A stretch of 60,631 bases of DNA, the filler included, from Basidiobolus ranarum (taxonomy: Eukaryota), in assembly GCA_040143965.1 (NCBI GenBank). It is 10 parts of 10 records of this genome, joined end to end, with 100 filler letters (N's around TTAATTAATTAA, not from the genome) between each part and the next. Parts side by side here need not be neighbours in the genome. Positions count along the whole stretch, not along the records: positions 54,676 to 60,631 come from JASJQH010001454.1; 9 more parts are not named here. One strand, given 5' to 3'. Shown one piece after another: positions 60,046-60,631 of this stretch. Made by a program: the position numbers and the translations under genes. The notes beneath the pieces are model-generated. The model saw only the letters and a program-made list of their open reading frames with translations, was not told where the DNA came from and ran no database searches. Position 1 is the stretch's first letter. Each line of letters opens with the position of its first letter.

Positions 60046-60631
60046 ATGAAGCTCTTCGCCCGTGCCTTTGTATTGCTACCTACTGTACTTGTGATGGCTA
60101 AAGAATCAACCTTGATCGATATCTCACCTGTGGTTACTGATTATGCGGATCCTGTCTGTAACGGTGTGGTTGCGAGCTTGGCAGTCTTTGGTATCCATGT
60201 GGATGCAAACGTTTGTCTTGATGTCAGCATCACTGAGTTGATCTCACATCTCCCAATTCCCTCCATCAAGACATGTGCGGAGGCCGTTGCTGCTGCGAGT
60301 ATTCTTGGAACCGAGGCTGATGTGGATGTGTGCTTGGCCACTGGTAGTCATAACCAAGAGAATAGTGAAATTCTTAAGAAGAGACATGATATTGTGGATG
60401 CTATACACAAAAAACCAGTAGCTCAACCCTCCACGCCTCCTGCTCAGCCTCCAGTCCACCCAGACCAATTGCCCACACCAATAAGCCCCCGCCACTCAAA
60501 ATCATGTGAAGCGATCATCGCCAAAATTCATACTTTATGTGGTGCCAACATTGACGTGAGTATCTGCCTCAATTTGGGAATCAATATTGACCTTCTTCGT
60601 CTTGATCGTCTCAAATGCCGTGTGATCGTTG
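60046..60631 (+). CDS. Cys-hairpin-repeat secreted protein, copy 4 (runs off the window end; absent from the ORF track)
   Basis: ATG at 60046, MKLFARAFVLLPTVLVMAKESTLIDISP...CNGVVASLAVFGIHVDANVC...KSCEAIIAKIHTLCGANIDVSICLNLG, open to the end. Confidence 0.9.
   Translation, partial: MKLFARAFVLLPTVLVMAKESTLIDISPVVTDYADPVCNGVVASLAVFGIHVDANVCLDVSITELISHLPIPSIKTCAEAVAAASILGTEADVDVCLATGSHNQENSEILKKRHDIVDAIHKKPVAQPSTPPAQPPVHPDQLPTPISPRHSKSCEAIIAKIHTLCGANIDVSICLNLGINIDLLRLDRLKCRVIV

Overview
This window is not one locus. It is ten separate contigs of about 6 kb (5992, 5987, 5985, 5982, 5978, 5966, 5964, 5961, 5960 and 5956 bp, i.e. size-sorted), joined by artificial 100-bp linkers (N44-TTAATTAATTAA-N44), so adjacency across a linker has no biological meaning. 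The DNA is from an AT-rich, intron-containing fungal genome. An early-diverging fungus such as Basidiobolus (Zoopagomycota) is my inference, not a demonstrated result. Recognisable genes: a PHO84-type phosphate transporter, a CRIB-containing WASP, SPF45/RBM17, an ABCC/Yor1-like transporter with an in-frame stop, a Gre2-like reductase, the 5' part of a CSC1/OSCA channel, an Ig-like + multi-TM membrane protein with XK/Xkr-like motifs, a small secreted protein, tRNA-Arg(CCT), a cupin pseudogene, a fasciclin protein with a 17-aa charged repeat, a C-terminally truncated Skp1 paralog, an intronless bacterial-like NmrA protein, the 5' end of GLT1, PMT2, a FAR-17a/AIG1-like protein and a NASP/Hif1-type chaperone. 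Repeats include a decayed Ty1/copia element with nested LTRs and a CpG->TpG decay signature, five further full or partial copies of its 348-bp LTR, and probable fossil LINEs. The best candidate for something undescribed is the last contig: a tandem array of at least four secreted proteins, each built from four Cys-x18/19-Cys hydrophobic hairpin-like units, with identically spaced core promoters. All family calls come from motif recognition by eye; no searches were run.
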